Source: Takakia lepidozioides (taxonomy: Eukaryota > Plantae > Bryophyta). Taken from it: 64,000 nt of DNA. Shown here piece after piece: positions 12,454 through 24,370 of this stretch. Positions within the stretch are counted from its first letter, which is position 1. Each line of letters starts with the position of its first letter. The stretch lies in the NCBI GenBank assembly GCA_030704615.1, contig CM060733.1:32426001-32490000 (forward strand). The letters run 5' to 3'. The notes under the pieces were generated by a model that worked only from the letters and a program-made list of their open reading frames with translations, did not search any database and had not been told where the DNA came from. A program made the position numbers and the translations under genes.

Positions 12454-15120
12454 GAGCATCTCCACCGAGGCCCGCTATTGGCCACAGAAACGGCAAAATA
12501 CCGTGTCAGTGAGATAAACCACAAAAATGGAGTCCCACCGGGGCATACTAAAATGCAGGCCACGACAAATTTCCACCGGGCCCTGTAGCTTGGCGTGTCT
12601 TCCCGGGCCGGCATCTCTCACGCTACACAAAATCAGACATATCAAGCGCAGGCCAACATGGTGGGAAAGCATTCCACCCAGGATTCCCCCGCTCTTGATC
12701 AGCTCAAGAGCTCGGCAAAGCGTTGGAAGTGGAAATTTTTTTAGAACGACGAAGAGTGGCAATTGTGCCGTTTTTTTTTTAGTATCTTGCAGGACCCAAT
12801 CACTGGGAATGGGCAACAAACAGTTTCATTTTGGGCGACGACCATAGATCACTACAACACCCATAGACCAGCAACAGTGGAGGAACGACAATCTAAATCT
12901 TTGGAAAGCAAGTGGAACAACATCAAATCATGATGTTGCAAAATTTGTAGGTATTTATGATCAACTTGTCCCATGGAAGGAGAGCGACATTGGCCTGGAG
13001 GATCTCCAACAACGAGCGTGCGATTTGTTCAAACAAAAGACCCACAAACAATTTCTGTACTTCCATTGCTAGAAGACACTCAAGGAAGTACCAAAGTATT
13101 AGTCATGGAGAGGAAGACCGTGATGGCAGCCCCAACAGGGGAGGACGACGGGGACGAAGATAGTGGCACTGACGTAGAAGTGCTGCCTGCCGAGGGTGTG
13201 GTGGCGGATGGTGAGTCCAATGACGATCAGGTTGTACCGAAAAATGCCGCCCTAAGACCACTCACCAAGCCCTGGCCACAAGGATCCAAGGTAGCGAAGG
13301 AGGAGCAACGCTATGGCAAGATCAATGAGGCTATAGCACAAGCAAGAGCAGCCATTGATATGGTTGTTGCCACGTTGAGAAAGGCCCAAATCCTCAATGA
13401 GGCCTCCTCCCTCACACTTTTTACAATGAATATGGAGGCTCTTGATCCAACCAAATACGAGAGTATTTGAGCCTTCGACGTGAGGCGAGAGCGATGTGGA
13501 AGCCGAAAAAAAGTCCTTACTGATGAGGCCCGGGTGGAGGCAGCCAAACAAAGAGAAAAATTGAGGGCTTCGGAGACATCAAGAGGGGTCGACAAGGGTC
13601 CCCATGTCTCCCGAGGGGGCAATCCTCATGTGCGTCGTCAAGGTCGGCCAACGAGCCCACCCCCTCAACAAGATCTGGATGGTAAGCCCATCGACCCAAA
13701 TGAACATGCTTGGGGTGTCAAGGAGCATTTCATAGCTCCCCAACACCCACCTTACATGCACGAGTCAATGAGAGACTTCCAGGAGTCCAATTGAACGTCT
13801 TAGGGCTCAATTTGAACGAAGGCATTTTTGGTGGAGGATCTGACAACTTTTGGAGTGCATCCATGTATTGTTTTCTCGAAATTAGGACTCTTAGGGTCTT
13901 GAATTTTGCTTGGATTTGGAGATACCAAGCCTTATCATAGAAAAGTGGAGTGTATGGCGGATAGTGACAGTGTCTCAGTGTCTACATGGGTTCACATCAC
14001 TCAATATCTATTCCGGCTTCCTACATCTTTGCAAAGCGGGATCTCTTCTTGTCTTAAGCTTCGTGAATTATCTGTATAAAACACCACCACTTGGGATAAA
14101 TCTCGTCTGCCAACAAGTAGAAGCGATGGTACACATTGTCATTCACAGTGAAAGACATGTCATTGCCCTCGTCGCCCAATAGTTCTGCCATCAAAGGAGA
14201 CTTGTCAAGAACGTTAATGTCATTGTTGAGCTACAGGACAATTTTTCCACTTCCGATGCATACAATCAAGCAAAGCAAACATGCCAGGAAATCCATGGGC
14301 CTCATTGAATGTCAGCCCTACATGGCTGCCTCAAGTAGGTTGACTGGTAGCACTCTTTCATGGCATAGACATATCGTTTCATCGATTTCATTGTCGTGCT
14401 CTCACCCAACTTGCAGTACTCATCAGTGGCATCATCAATGATGCTATAAGCCAAAATGCACAACGCTGTCGTGCACTTCTGGATAGGAGATAATCCACCC
14501 TACAGCATCAAACTTCTGAATAAAGTAAGGGTCATGCTCGAAATTAAAATTAAGTGGTAGTTTCGGGAGCGAGAGTTTCGTTTCGATAAATTATCCATGG
14601 CTCAGCGCCCTTTTCTCAAGTCTATCATGGAAAGGGCCTATTATCGGGTGAGCATATAGCGTGAGGAAATCCCACACCTATAGGGTAACATGTTTATCAC
14701 GTATAGGGGTTACTTGTTTCTTAAGTGTTGACGTGAGGGCCTATATGAGCAGTTAAGAATAGTTTCGCAAATTTTTTAGTTTCTCAATTTTCGATTCGCT
14801 GAAGAATATTTGAAAGACATCTTAGGAATATGCGGTATATTTGCTTGTGCTCACGTGAGCATGCTCACTCGCTACCCTACCTCGTTACCTGGGATCGTCT
14901 GCCGAAGAGCGGCGAGTGCTCTACGGCAGATTATCCCAGGTGACATGGCGACCAATGGCCGTTGCCGTACGTAATTGTTGGCGAGTAATTCTCTCATAAT
15001 GGAATGATCCAGGGTTCAACATGTCGTTGGATGGATACGGATTTTTTATTTGATCTATATAGAAATGGCACGATAGCGAAGATTGAAGACAACTTCTGCC
15101 TGTAGAAGGGGCTAGCATCA
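12454..15120. mobile_element. PIF/Harbinger transposon remnant (Myb/NAM-associated ORF on +, transposase on -)
   Basis: TAA followed by the TIR-like GAGCATCTCCA at 12451-12464. Plus strand ~12890-13470 gives SLESKWNNIK..DVAKFVGIYDQL. Minus strand ~14020-14530 gives frameshifted HGFPGM..LDCMHRKWKNCP, NNDINVLDKSPL, YLLADEIYPKW and YFIQKFDA. The right boundary is uncertain. Confidence 0.75.
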
Positions 15121-16011
15121 GATCACAAGCAATGATGAGGGCAACATGTATTCATAGAAGACCTGGCAGATTATGACAGCAAATTATGGGATATAATCTG
15201 ATCCCCGAAAATGCCAGAATTTCGAGCCAAAGCAAATTATGAACAAATTATTTGTTACGTGGGAGGGGGGCCTGAGAGCTGCAGCAGCAAGTAACTTGTC
15301 CTCAGCCAAAGATCCTCAGCCAAGAGTAGACACATAGTCATTTTTAAACCCAATTTCTTAAAAAAACATTAAAAACGTATTTAATTCATAGGTCGATGCC
15401 GACTTCTTTTGTAGACACAATATCGTTTTTTAAAACATAAAACAAAACATTGAAGAAACAAAACAAATTACAGATGTTCATGTTTTATCCCATGGAGATA
15501 GAAGCATTTCATTTCTGTGGAGCCCTTAGGCATATATATATATATATATATATATTGGGGCACTTTTTGGTTGTTGTTTTTCTTGTAAGTCGTTGTCAAT
15601 TTCAGATACGGGTTATTTTTTCCCGTCTTTTTTTTTATAAAATTTATTTAAAGGAATCCTGGGAGCGTTTCAGGCCCTTGAGGAGGGGGAAAAATTAACC
15701 CCCTTTCAGATAAGCCATTAGGCACACAGGTGGAAACGTCACCACCAGAACAACCGGTCACGAACAATCCACACACCAGGCAGTAGTTTTCACTTTGAAA
15801 ATTATCTTTTTTGCATTTGAGGTGAACTAACAAAGTAAAGATAATCAAGTCTAGTTTCTATTCCACTTTACGATTTGTCAAAATTCCAATTATTGAATCT
15901 TTTATAGCAATTACCAATTCAATGGGTCAAGAGCCCATTTGTTCTTCAGCATAATTTCTCTATCGAATTTTTCAAATTAGAAACTGTTTTTTGTTTTTTT
16001 TTTTTTTTAAG

Positions 16012-16680
16012 AGGGGATGAAGCCCCGATAATTTATTTCTGGGGAAAAAATAAACCCCTGTGGGGCCATAAGGCATACACACCTTTGGGTGAGGGCGAAC
16101 CAGAGATACTTTTAACAACGAGAAAACCATCCGAGTGGATGAAAGTATTAGTTTAGACTCAAGAGGTACCCCTAGAGCCTGGCACTGTTTTTTACTTTTA
16201 AATATACTACCTGCTATAGCTATTGTTGTTTCGTCCATGATTCTGGTGGTCTCCTTTCTGGTTCCCTTGCTATGTCTTTTTTCCCTCCCTCCTATGTTAT
16301 CCTCCAAATCTCTTTTCTCGCTGCTTTTTGAGGCTCCCTGCCTATCCTGGCAGCCCTGCTACGCTTTTCGCTAGGTTCCTGATTGATCCTCTCTTGATTG
16401 CCATGGTAGGTCTTAGTCTGAGCTTGCTGGCTTCGATTCTAATCCTAGCCCTCACTCAGGAGTTCGCATCTCGTGACTTTTCCTTGTATAGCTCTCAATT
16501 GTAAGATTTATCATTCATCCTCTCGGATGGTTCTCTCTCCCTTAAAAGAACTCTGGGTTCGTCCCTCATCGTCAGGTGTGCATGCCTTATGGCCCCACAG
16601 GGTTTTTTTTTTTTTTTCCCTTTATTAATAAAAGACTGGGGCTTCATCCCCTTTCCAAAAAATAAAATAAAATAAAAATA
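16012..16680. repeat. ~70-80 bp inverted repeat pair flanked by poly(T) on the left and an A-rich tail on the right
   Basis: AGGGGATGAAGCCCC...CCTGTGGGGCCATAAGGCAT (16012-16084) versus ATGCCTTATGGCCCCACAGG...GGGGCTTCATCCCCT (16574-16652). Confidence 0.75.
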
Positions 16681-17208
16681 CTAAAGTGTTTTTCATTGTG
16701 ATTTACACCCAAGGTAAAATTTTCATAAATTTTGGATACTTATTGTAATTGATATGATTTTTTGAAGACATTAAGCTTAAGAAAATCATAATATTTCACT
16801 TTTTATGAGACAATTCTGAAAAAATCAAGATTTATAGTAAACATATAGGTTCATCTATGAAAAATATTAAAAAAATAATTTTCTCAAATCGAAGACGGGA
16901 AATTGAGCTACAGATCGTAGTATCACTACATTGAGAAGGGGATTGGCGTTTAGGGGTTAAGCCAAGCTAATGTCCTCAGAACTTACTCTTAAATGTACTG
17001 GATTTTACCCAAAGAATACCAATTCTGTCTTTGCTCATGAATATTTTTGCTCATGCTCATGCTTATTTGGAGCAAAGACAGAGAGATTGCAGCTGTGGTA
17101 TGAATGAATGTAGAAGCGGGTTTTCTTGGATGGAATGAAAGCCTTTTTAGTGGGAAGACTTATATATACTGGATATAGGAAAAAGTCTACCAGTCTTGGT
17201 GAGAGACG

Positions 17209-18498
17209 ATGGAGGGGAGCATGGCAGGAGCTAGTGCTGTCTCTGCTGATCTTCCTGCGCATGATGCAAACTCAGATATGCCCACAGTCGGGCGTTGCAT
17301 GCTTTATCTCAACGCAGTCAGGATGCAATTCAATGACTCGGAGAAGTTCAACGAGTTTGTGCAGCTACTGGGGGAGTACAGAGCAGAGAAATGGGATGTG
17401 CAAGAGGTGATGGCGAGGGTGTTGGAGCTTCTCAGGGGGCACCCAGAGCTCATACAGAAATTCGATGCCTTCCTTCCCCATGGTTTTAGGATGCCTTTGC
17501 CGTTGGAGGACCAGAAGGCGATTGCACATCAAGCTTTGTCGTCCGAGGACAGGGATCTGATTTCAGATCAGGCTTTGGCAGTGGAAGACAAGGAGCTGAT
17601 TTCGGATCAGGCTTCGGCAGTGGAGGACACGGCGCTGATTTCAGATCAGGCATTGACAACAGAGAACAAGGGTCTGGCAGCACATGGAGCGTTGGCGATG
17701 AACACTAGAGCGTTGGAGTACTTTCGCAAGGTCCGCTTGACATTAGGGGATGCGCACACTTTCAAGGCCTTTCTGAAGATACTGAAGGAGTTTCGGGAGG
17801 GGAATATCTCTCGTGGTACAGTGTACGACATGGTGGGCACTCTTTTCCGCGGCCATCCTGATCTGCTGACAGGATTCAATCTCGTAGCTGGACATGGGCC
17901 CGCTAAGCGAAGAAAGAATTTGTACCGGCCAGTTTCTGGGCGGGGCCATGAAGTGAAGCAAGGGAAGATTAAATGGGTGGCGCACGGCCAGCCGGATGGT
18001 GGCAAGAAGGGGGAGGAAGAAAGAGCTCGAGAGAAATCAGTTTTAAGAGTAGAACGCACACCGGAGTGGATGGCAGACGTCGAGATGCAAGAATTAGAAT
18101 TGAGAAGTACGTCAAATTCACTTGCCCTTGAGAGGTTTCTCGAGTGGAATGAGCTTGAGAAGAGGAAACAAGACAGTGATCAAGAGCTGGCGCAGCGGAT
18201 GCCCCATGCAAGAATATCTGCAAGGTTACGCATGCGCGAGCTACGAAAGCAACGAGATGGCGATGCGGTCAAGGGGATCTGCAAACGTAATCTGTCGACC
18301 TTCAAAGGAATCTCACAACTTGATCTGTCAAATTGTGAGAGCTGTACACCTAGCTACCGACTGCTTCCAGAGGAGTACCGAACTTCGCTGTCCATGAATT
18401 CCATTGATGTCCGCTCAGATTTGGCCAAATCCGTCCTGAACGACCTCTGGGTGTGCGTTGACCCCTCCAAGCTCAAGCCTGTGATTGCCCGGTGCTGA
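17209..18498 (+). CDS. Truncated SIN3-like protein: two PAH domains and the start of the HDAC-interaction domain (429 aa, intronless)
   Basis: PAH1 YLNAVRMQF...FNEFVQLL...LLRGHPELIQKFDAFLP; PAH2 ALEYFRKVR...LFRGHPDLLTGFN; LDLSNCESCTPSYRLLP...VLNDLWV is the start of the plant SNL HID. The ORF is uninterrupted. Confidence 0.85.
   Translation: MEGSMAGASAVSADLPAHDANSDMPTVGRCMLYLNAVRMQFNDSEKFNEFVQLLGEYRAEKWDVQEVMARVLELLRGHPELIQKFDAFLPHGFRMPLPLEDQKAIAHQALSSEDRDLISDQALAVEDKELISDQASAVEDTALISDQALTTENKGLAAHGALAMNTRALEYFRKVRLTLGDAHTFKAFLKILKEFREGNISRGTVYDMVGTLFRGHPDLLTGFNLVAGHGPAKRRKNLYRPVSGRGHEVKQGKIKWVAHGQPDGGKKGEEERAREKSVLRVERTPEWMADVEMQELELRSTSNSLALERFLEWNELEKRKQDSDQELAQRMPHARISARLRMRELRKQRDGDAVKGICKRNLSTFKGISQLDLSNCESCTPSYRLLPEEYRTSLSMNSIDVRSDLAKSVLNDLWVCVDPSKLKPVIARC
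17520..17680 (+). repeat. In-frame 39-bp tandem repeat (~4 copies, DQALAVEDKELIS-like)
   Basis: CTGATTTC(A/G)GATCAGGC recurs at 39-bp spacing. Confidence 0.85.
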
Positions 18499-19839
18499 TC
18501 ACATCCATGCAGCCTCAGTTCAATGTGCCCTCAGTCTTTTTCTTCTAGAAATTAGATTCTTATGTCTAGCTAGATCTATGTGAGATTGTTTCTCTTGAAC
18601 AGAATTCTTAATTTAAGGTGTTTGTTGTGTTACTCCAAGCGACTGCTGCCTATGTACATATTGTTGTCTGGAGCAAGTGGGTATGTAGACTCTCATCACT
18701 GGTCAAGGGAAATGAAATACCCACACAGACAGAGTGATCTCCACACGAACTTGCCAAAGTAGTGCTCGCTCAGACTAGGTTGTGGGAAATGAAGTATCAG
18801 TTGTGGTACACTGCTGGATGGAATTGTCTTAAAACATTGAGAGGTTGATTTAATCATAGACTTGTGGCTGTGCAATTCATGTGCAACTTAATGCTTACAC
18901 ATGCAGTCTCATTCTCAAGGGCAATGACCATTGAAAACAAACTCCCGGGCAAAAACCCTTGAAGATGGCCTTGGTGTGGTTGGAAGTCACTAGTCACTAC
19001 CCACTTGACCTTTGGGATGCCCTGAGCAGATGAGTCCAAAAACAATGGTACCTCCTCACAGGAGTGGCGAACTGCCTTTGGGTTTGCAAAACAACTCTTC
19101 CTCTGACACAAACTCTGCACCCTTCCTCGTGTGCCAGGACAATCTCTTCTGCTCAGCAGTAAATTTCATTAAGTCAAGTTTGCAACTTAAGTTTTGGGAC
19201 TGATTAGTAGGATCTGTTAGGTCTTTACGGCAAAGCTTCTTTGAGGTTTTTACTCAGATAGTAGCTTGCTCGGACATCTTCAAAAGGCAAACAATACAGC
19301 ACAAAGTGTTTCACAGGTCAAACTACCACACACAGAAAACCAGCTGTATTTTACCAAGGATATAAAACATGTTTACCAGATTGACTGCAGGGTTCAATGC
19401 ACTATTCTTCGGCGTCAAGCTTTGTGCAAATTTTCACCGACAAAATGTCACAATAAACTCCAACATATGCAAACTCTGTATGGGGTACAGCAAGCAAACT
19501 AGAGAAAACACTGTTTTGTGATAACTTTCTCTTTCACAAGCATCCAATCCACTAGTATGTGGAGTTTGTAAATGTACAGAGATCAAGTCCAGTCTGTCAT
19601 CTTAAAGTGGAAGTTTTCCATGTCCACGAGGTGCCAGTATTCATAATGAATGGGTAAACGATCATAAGGTTGCACACCATCGCGTGGGACACAACAGACA
19701 TACTTGTAATAACAGCTAGATCAACCAATGGCAATACTTCATGAACACTTGAGCAGGAATTGCTCAATAAGAATTTGTTGTTAAAAAAAGGCCTGATTTC
19801 ACCTTAATTAAGCAGCCACAAAATTGCTGAGCCCAAATC

Positions 19840-20124
19840 AGTGTTTTTGTTTTCAAATTTGGAAAAGAACAGGAGTGGCTACTGAGTTTTGCAAAAAACA
19901 GCCATATTTTCTGCTCATCCACTGAAATTTGGACAGAATCATCCTCCGCTGTATTTTCATCCATGTATATCAGCCATATTAGGCGAATTCATCCAAGATT
20001 TATATTTGTTTTTGAGAATTTTGGCGATTTCATCCATGAGAAATAGGGAATTTACAACAGAATATTCGATTTTGATTTTTGAGGTCGAAAAAGTGCGAAA
20101 TTTCGCCAGAAATAAAAACACTAG
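19840..20124. mobile_element. Putative MITE
   Basis: Imperfect terminal pair CAGTGTTTTTG / TAAAAACACTAG around an AT-rich core. Confidence 0.35.
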
Positions 20125-21289
20125 CCCAAATCTACTTACCATACACTCAATGCCAGATAAAATATCAACCCACAAAGAAGGGAAGGTTGCTTACAGAGAA
20201 GTGATACTTCCTATCAGTTTTTGAGGACAATGCTGAACATGCTCATGTTGTTCGGTGTCAGTCTGCAAAAGAATGTGGGTCAAGTCTACTGTATAGGGAA
20301 ATGTACTTTTGAAGACCAAGTTGTCCATGAACTACAAACCTGTGGATTTGGCTTATAGCTGCTTCCAAAGGAGGTCCGCCAGACAATCAAAGCTCTATGA
20401 AGAAAGAGAGATTCCAGCCCCTGAAAAAAACCAACACCATCAGATCAGGACCAACACAACTATTAAAAAATAGTGACTTACAGTCAAACCTCCAGGAGAT
20501 CAGTTCTATCAAATGATGTGCAGTGAACAGTAGAAGATGAGAGGAGTGATGGAAGCCCCAGCAGGTTCTACAAGGATTTTAGCAGAGTTTTACACATCAG
20601 AAGTCTACACAGCATGGACAGCTCAGTAAAGTTTGTAGTAGATGCCAGCCAAAAAGCCTTGGAAATCAGTATCTGACTGAACCCCTGGAGGTATGACTAA
20701 ACTTGGCTGGAGCCATTGCTAGAGCCTGCTAACAATAAACAACCAGAGGATTCATCACATAGACACCGGTATGCAGCAACCAACGATACAAGTTGTTTTA
20801 CAGGATTGGAAGAATGAACAAGTAATGGAGGCACATAATTGATGTTGTGAGGAAGCTGTCAAATTTCAAGAGCATACTCAACTCACCTGAAAATCAGGAA
20901 AGGTTATCAAGGAAGGGAGGTTGAACAGCTTTAACATCCATAAGAATCTTCACCACGTGCTGCATGGTTGGCCTGAAAGGATCTTCCACTGTAATATGGA
21001 GGACTTTTAGCATCTTCAGCTTCCACGGACCTTTGAAATATTGAATTGATCAAGTGCCTCTGGAGCCTCGCCCTTGGTTGGGTAATCACAATCGAAGGGG
21101 ATAAACAACAATTATTCTAATGAAGGGCTAAAAGATTTCCAAAGGGTCATAAAGCCAGTTACAGTATTCTGGAAAATTCTGGCAAAAGAGTTCGTAATCT
21201 TAAACAGAAACAGCAACATATCTGGAGGTTTTGGCCTGATAAAGCCACCACTATGACTGGCTTTGCTGGACAGTATCACCCATTTATGC

Positions 21290-21655
21290 GAATCAGATGT
21301 GCCCAGCCAGCACTCTCATGAAGCATTACAACGAGGCTTCCCTCTCTATGTATGAGGTTATTGCCCATGCTAAGATTTTGTGTCGACACGAGTATGAATC
21401 TTAAGAACATCAAGGGTGAGAGCCTTCTCTGCACCATGTGATGCTGAAGAAACTCATTTGTGAGAGGACTTCCACATTATTACCCTTACAGTGACAAGCA
21501 TGCAAGTACCCATAGCACACATATTCAAACATCACATTACAACAAATGTATGTACCTCAATGTTCACTCAATGCAGCTGCACCCTTGCTCCTTTAAGGTA
21601 CATTTTCTTGAGCGTGTCCCCAGCGAGCTCCAGCATGGGTGTTCAGTAGCAGCAC
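21290..21655 (-). pseudogene. Decayed E2/E+/DYW-like extension of the PPR gene
   Basis: After the stop: VLLLNTHAG, KEQGCSCIE, EVHTFV, then HGAEKAL and QNLSM, resembling the HxEKLA and KNLR motifs; frameshifted. Confidence 0.5.
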
Positions 21656-23782
21656 CTAAGTTGTAGTATGCTGTGGATCCAACTGCAGAAGGCGATTTGC
21701 CACGTGTTGTGCTAGCTCTACATTACCATGAATTCTGCAGGCACCAAGCAAGGCTCCCCACACCCCAGAATCTGCTTGGATCGGCATTTCCTTAATGAAA
21801 GCATGTGCCTCATCCAACAACCCTGCACGGCCCATAAGATCCACCATGCAGCCAAAATGCCCCAACATAGGTGTGAGGCCATGATCTTGACTCATGGATT
21901 CAAAGTAGCGACGGCCTTCATCCAGTAGGCCTACATGGCTACATGCAGAGAGAAGAAATATGAAGGTGATACAGTCTGGATTCAAACCCTCCTGTTGCAT
22001 CTGTTCAAACAGTTGAAAGGCCTCCCTGCAATTTCCATGCTGAGCATAGCCAGCAGTCATCACATTATATGATACCACACTTCGTTCAGCCATCTTATTA
22101 AACACATTGCGTGCATCCTTTACACTCCCACATTTTGCATACATGTCGACAAGGGCAGTCTCCAGAATGAGATCTGGGGCAATTCCAGCTTTGCAGATGT
22201 CAGCATGGACCTCTTTGCCCTTTCCGAAGGATGCCAGACTGGCGCATGCATTGAGAACGGAAACGAATGTGATCTTGTCAGGTGTCACACCTTCCCGTAT
22301 CATGAGCTCATAGATGTCCAAAGCCTCCCTACCATTCCCGTGCTGAGCATATCCTGCAATCATTGCACTCCATGACACCACATTCCGGTGAGCCATATTG
22401 TCAAACACTCGACGTGCATCCTCAATGCTCCCACATTTGGCATACATGTCAGCAAGTGCAGTCTCCAGAATGATATCTGCCGCAACTCCAGCTTTGTGGA
22501 TGTCAGCATGAACCTCTTTGCCCTTTCCCAGGTCTCCTATGGTGGCACAAGCATTGACAATGCAAATGAACGTTACCCTATCAGGCGTCATCCCTTCCCA
22601 TATCATCCGCTCATAGATCTCAAAAGCATCCCTCCAACATCCATGCTGAGCATATCCTGCAATCAATGCGCTCCATGAGACCACATCTCGTTTAGCCATA
22701 GTGTCAAACACTTGACGGGCATCCTTCATGCTCCCACACTTTGCATACATGTCAGCAACGGCAGTCTCCAAAATGATATCTGCCCCAATTCTAGCTTTGC
22801 TAATGTCAGCATGAATGTCTCTGCCCCTTTTCAGGGCTTGAAGGCTGGCGCACGCATTGAGAACGCAGAGGAATGTGACCTTGTCAGGTGTCACCCCTTC
22901 CCATATCATTTGCTCATACATCTCCAAAGCCTCCATACCACACCCATGCTGAGCATATCCTGCAATCATTGCGCTCCATGACACCACATTCCGTTGTGCC
23001 ATATTCTCAAACACTTGACGCGCATCCTCTATGCTTCCACATTTGGCATACATGTCAACAAGAGCAGTCTCTAGGATGATATCTGCCCCGATTCCAGCTT
23101 TGATAATATCAGCATGGATTTCTTTGCCCTTTTCCAGGGCCTGAAGACTAGCACACACACTGAGAATGCAAGTGAAGGTGACCCCAGTGGGAGTGACCCC
23201 TTCCTGCATCATTTGTCTATAGATCTCAAATGCCTCCCTACCATACCCATGCTTCGCATATCCTGCCAACATTGTGGTCCACGTATATACATCTCGTTGA
23301 GGTATTTTGTCAAACAATTGCTGTGCATCCACCATGCTCCCACTCTTTGCGTACATGTTGACAAGGGTGTTAAGTAGAAAGATGTTTGGCTTGAATTGAC
23401 AGTGGATAACCTGGGCATGCACCTGCTTTCCCATTTCTAGGTCTTTAATTCTGATGCACTCCTGCAAGAGGCGCACATAACTGTTGGAGTCTGCTGAGAT
23501 GCCTTGTTGATTCAAAATATGCAGCGCCTCTTTCAGTTGTCCTGCCTTACATTGTGTGCTTACGTCCCCACAAGTGCCAGAAGAGTTCTTGTTGACTCCC
23601 TCTACTGGTCCTCTTTCAAAAGTAGCAGTCATGGAGTAGATGCCTGACTCTGACACCTGTGCCTGATGCAGCCCTGCCATCCTGCATGACTCAAAACTGT
23701 CGGTTACACAGACAAAGTCACCTAAGGTATGCCAAAGTTCATTGATACTTGAAAGAACGTGAGGAGAACAGCCTGTTGCCAT
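21656..23782 (-). CDS. PLS-class PPR protein ORF (708 aa) ending in the E region at a premature TAG
   Basis: Repeated P-L-S triplets (VVSWSAMIAGYAQHG / PDKVTFLCVLNACA / LETALVDMYAKCGS) followed by WGALLGACRIHGNVELA. The TAG replaces the Tyr of YVLL. The true start is probably in upstream exons. Confidence 0.92.
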   Translation of the reverse strand: MATGCSPHVLSSINELWHTLGDFVCVTDSFESCRMAGLHQAQVSESGIYSMTATFERGPVEGVNKNSSGTCGDVSTQCKAGQLKEALHILNQQGISADSNSYVRLLQECIRIKDLEMGKQVHAQVIHCQFKPNIFLLNTLVNMYAKSGSMVDAQQLFDKIPQRDVYTWTTMLAGYAKHGYGREAFEIYRQMMQEGVTPTGVTFTCILSVCASLQALEKGKEIHADIIKAGIGADIILETALVDMYAKCGSIEDARQVFENMAQRNVVSWSAMIAGYAQHGCGMEALEMYEQMIWEGVTPDKVTFLCVLNACASLQALKRGRDIHADISKARIGADIILETAVADMYAKCGSMKDARQVFDTMAKRDVVSWSALIAGYAQHGCWRDAFEIYERMIWEGMTPDRVTFICIVNACATIGDLGKGKEVHADIHKAGVAADIILETALADMYAKCGSIEDARRVFDNMAHRNVVSWSAMIAGYAQHGNGREALDIYELMIREGVTPDKITFVSVLNACASLASFGKGKEVHADICKAGIAPDLILETALVDMYAKCGSVKDARNVFNKMAERSVVSYNVMTAGYAQHGNCREAFQLFEQMQQEGLNPDCITFIFLLSACSHVGLLDEGRRYFESMSQDHGLTPMLGHFGCMVDLMGRAGLLDEAHAFIKEMPIQADSGVWGALLGACRIHGNVELAQHVANRLLQLDPQHTTT

Positions 23783-23852
23783 ATATCAACAGAGTTACAA
23801 AACGATGGGCTGTCATCTACTTGGAGGAAGAAACTGTTTGAATGGAACCACT

Positions 23853-24055
23853 TAATTATTATCACGACAATACCTGTTGTGTTCTTGGCCTGCGGCTCCA
23901 TGATGTACATCAACATTAGAACCATCATTGGATTGTGCTTGACCTTGTGTCATGGCATGTAGCTCTGATTTCACCCAAGGAGGGTTTGTTGAATTCTCAA
24001 TCCAAAGGACCTCGTTTGTGTCCTTATGCCTGAAGTCTGGTGATCGGGCACTTTT
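23853..24055 (-). CDS. Exon encoding the C-terminal half of an OSB/PDF motif
   Basis: tacag|AAA acceptor; reads KSARSPDFRHKDTNEVLWIENSTNPPWVKSEL; same frame as the downstream PPR ORF; possible donor CAG|GTATTG near 23853. Confidence 0.8.
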
Positions 24056-24291
24056 CTGTAAAACTAACAGTGGGTAGCTGAGCAGCCATAGCTTGGACTA
24101 CAGCTTCATATGGACCAGGCTACAACCATCCACAGCTCCACACATCGTTCAAATAATAGGGAACAACCGTGAAGAGTATGAAGAGCATTATAAGGAACTG
24201 GAGACAATCCTGTGAACAAAGGATCATCATGCCAGCTTCAGTCACAAGCCTCCTTGACAAACTCTGACTAATTAAATTAAGATATGCTCAC

Positions 24292-24370
24292 CTTATCAAA
24301 CCTGTTGTCCCACCACTTTGATGGATCTGCGAAGAACACCTGCCAGAGTCGTTTTCGCTCATTGCTTGAC
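24292..24370 (-). CDS. Exon encoding the N-terminal half of an OSB/PDF motif
   Basis: tgcag|G acceptor, reads SSNERKRLWQVFFADPSKWWDNRFDK, AAG|GTGAGC donor. It splices in phase 0 to the 24055 exon, giving a full canonical PDF motif. Confidence 0.85.

Noticed and set aside
20230-21250. Possible pseudogene downstream of the PPR gene
   Set aside because: No recognisable motif or ORF.
21290-21460. Possible DYW:KP (U-to-C) type domain suggested by HGAEK and NLSM
   Set aside because: Too decayed and frameshifted to assign a subclass.
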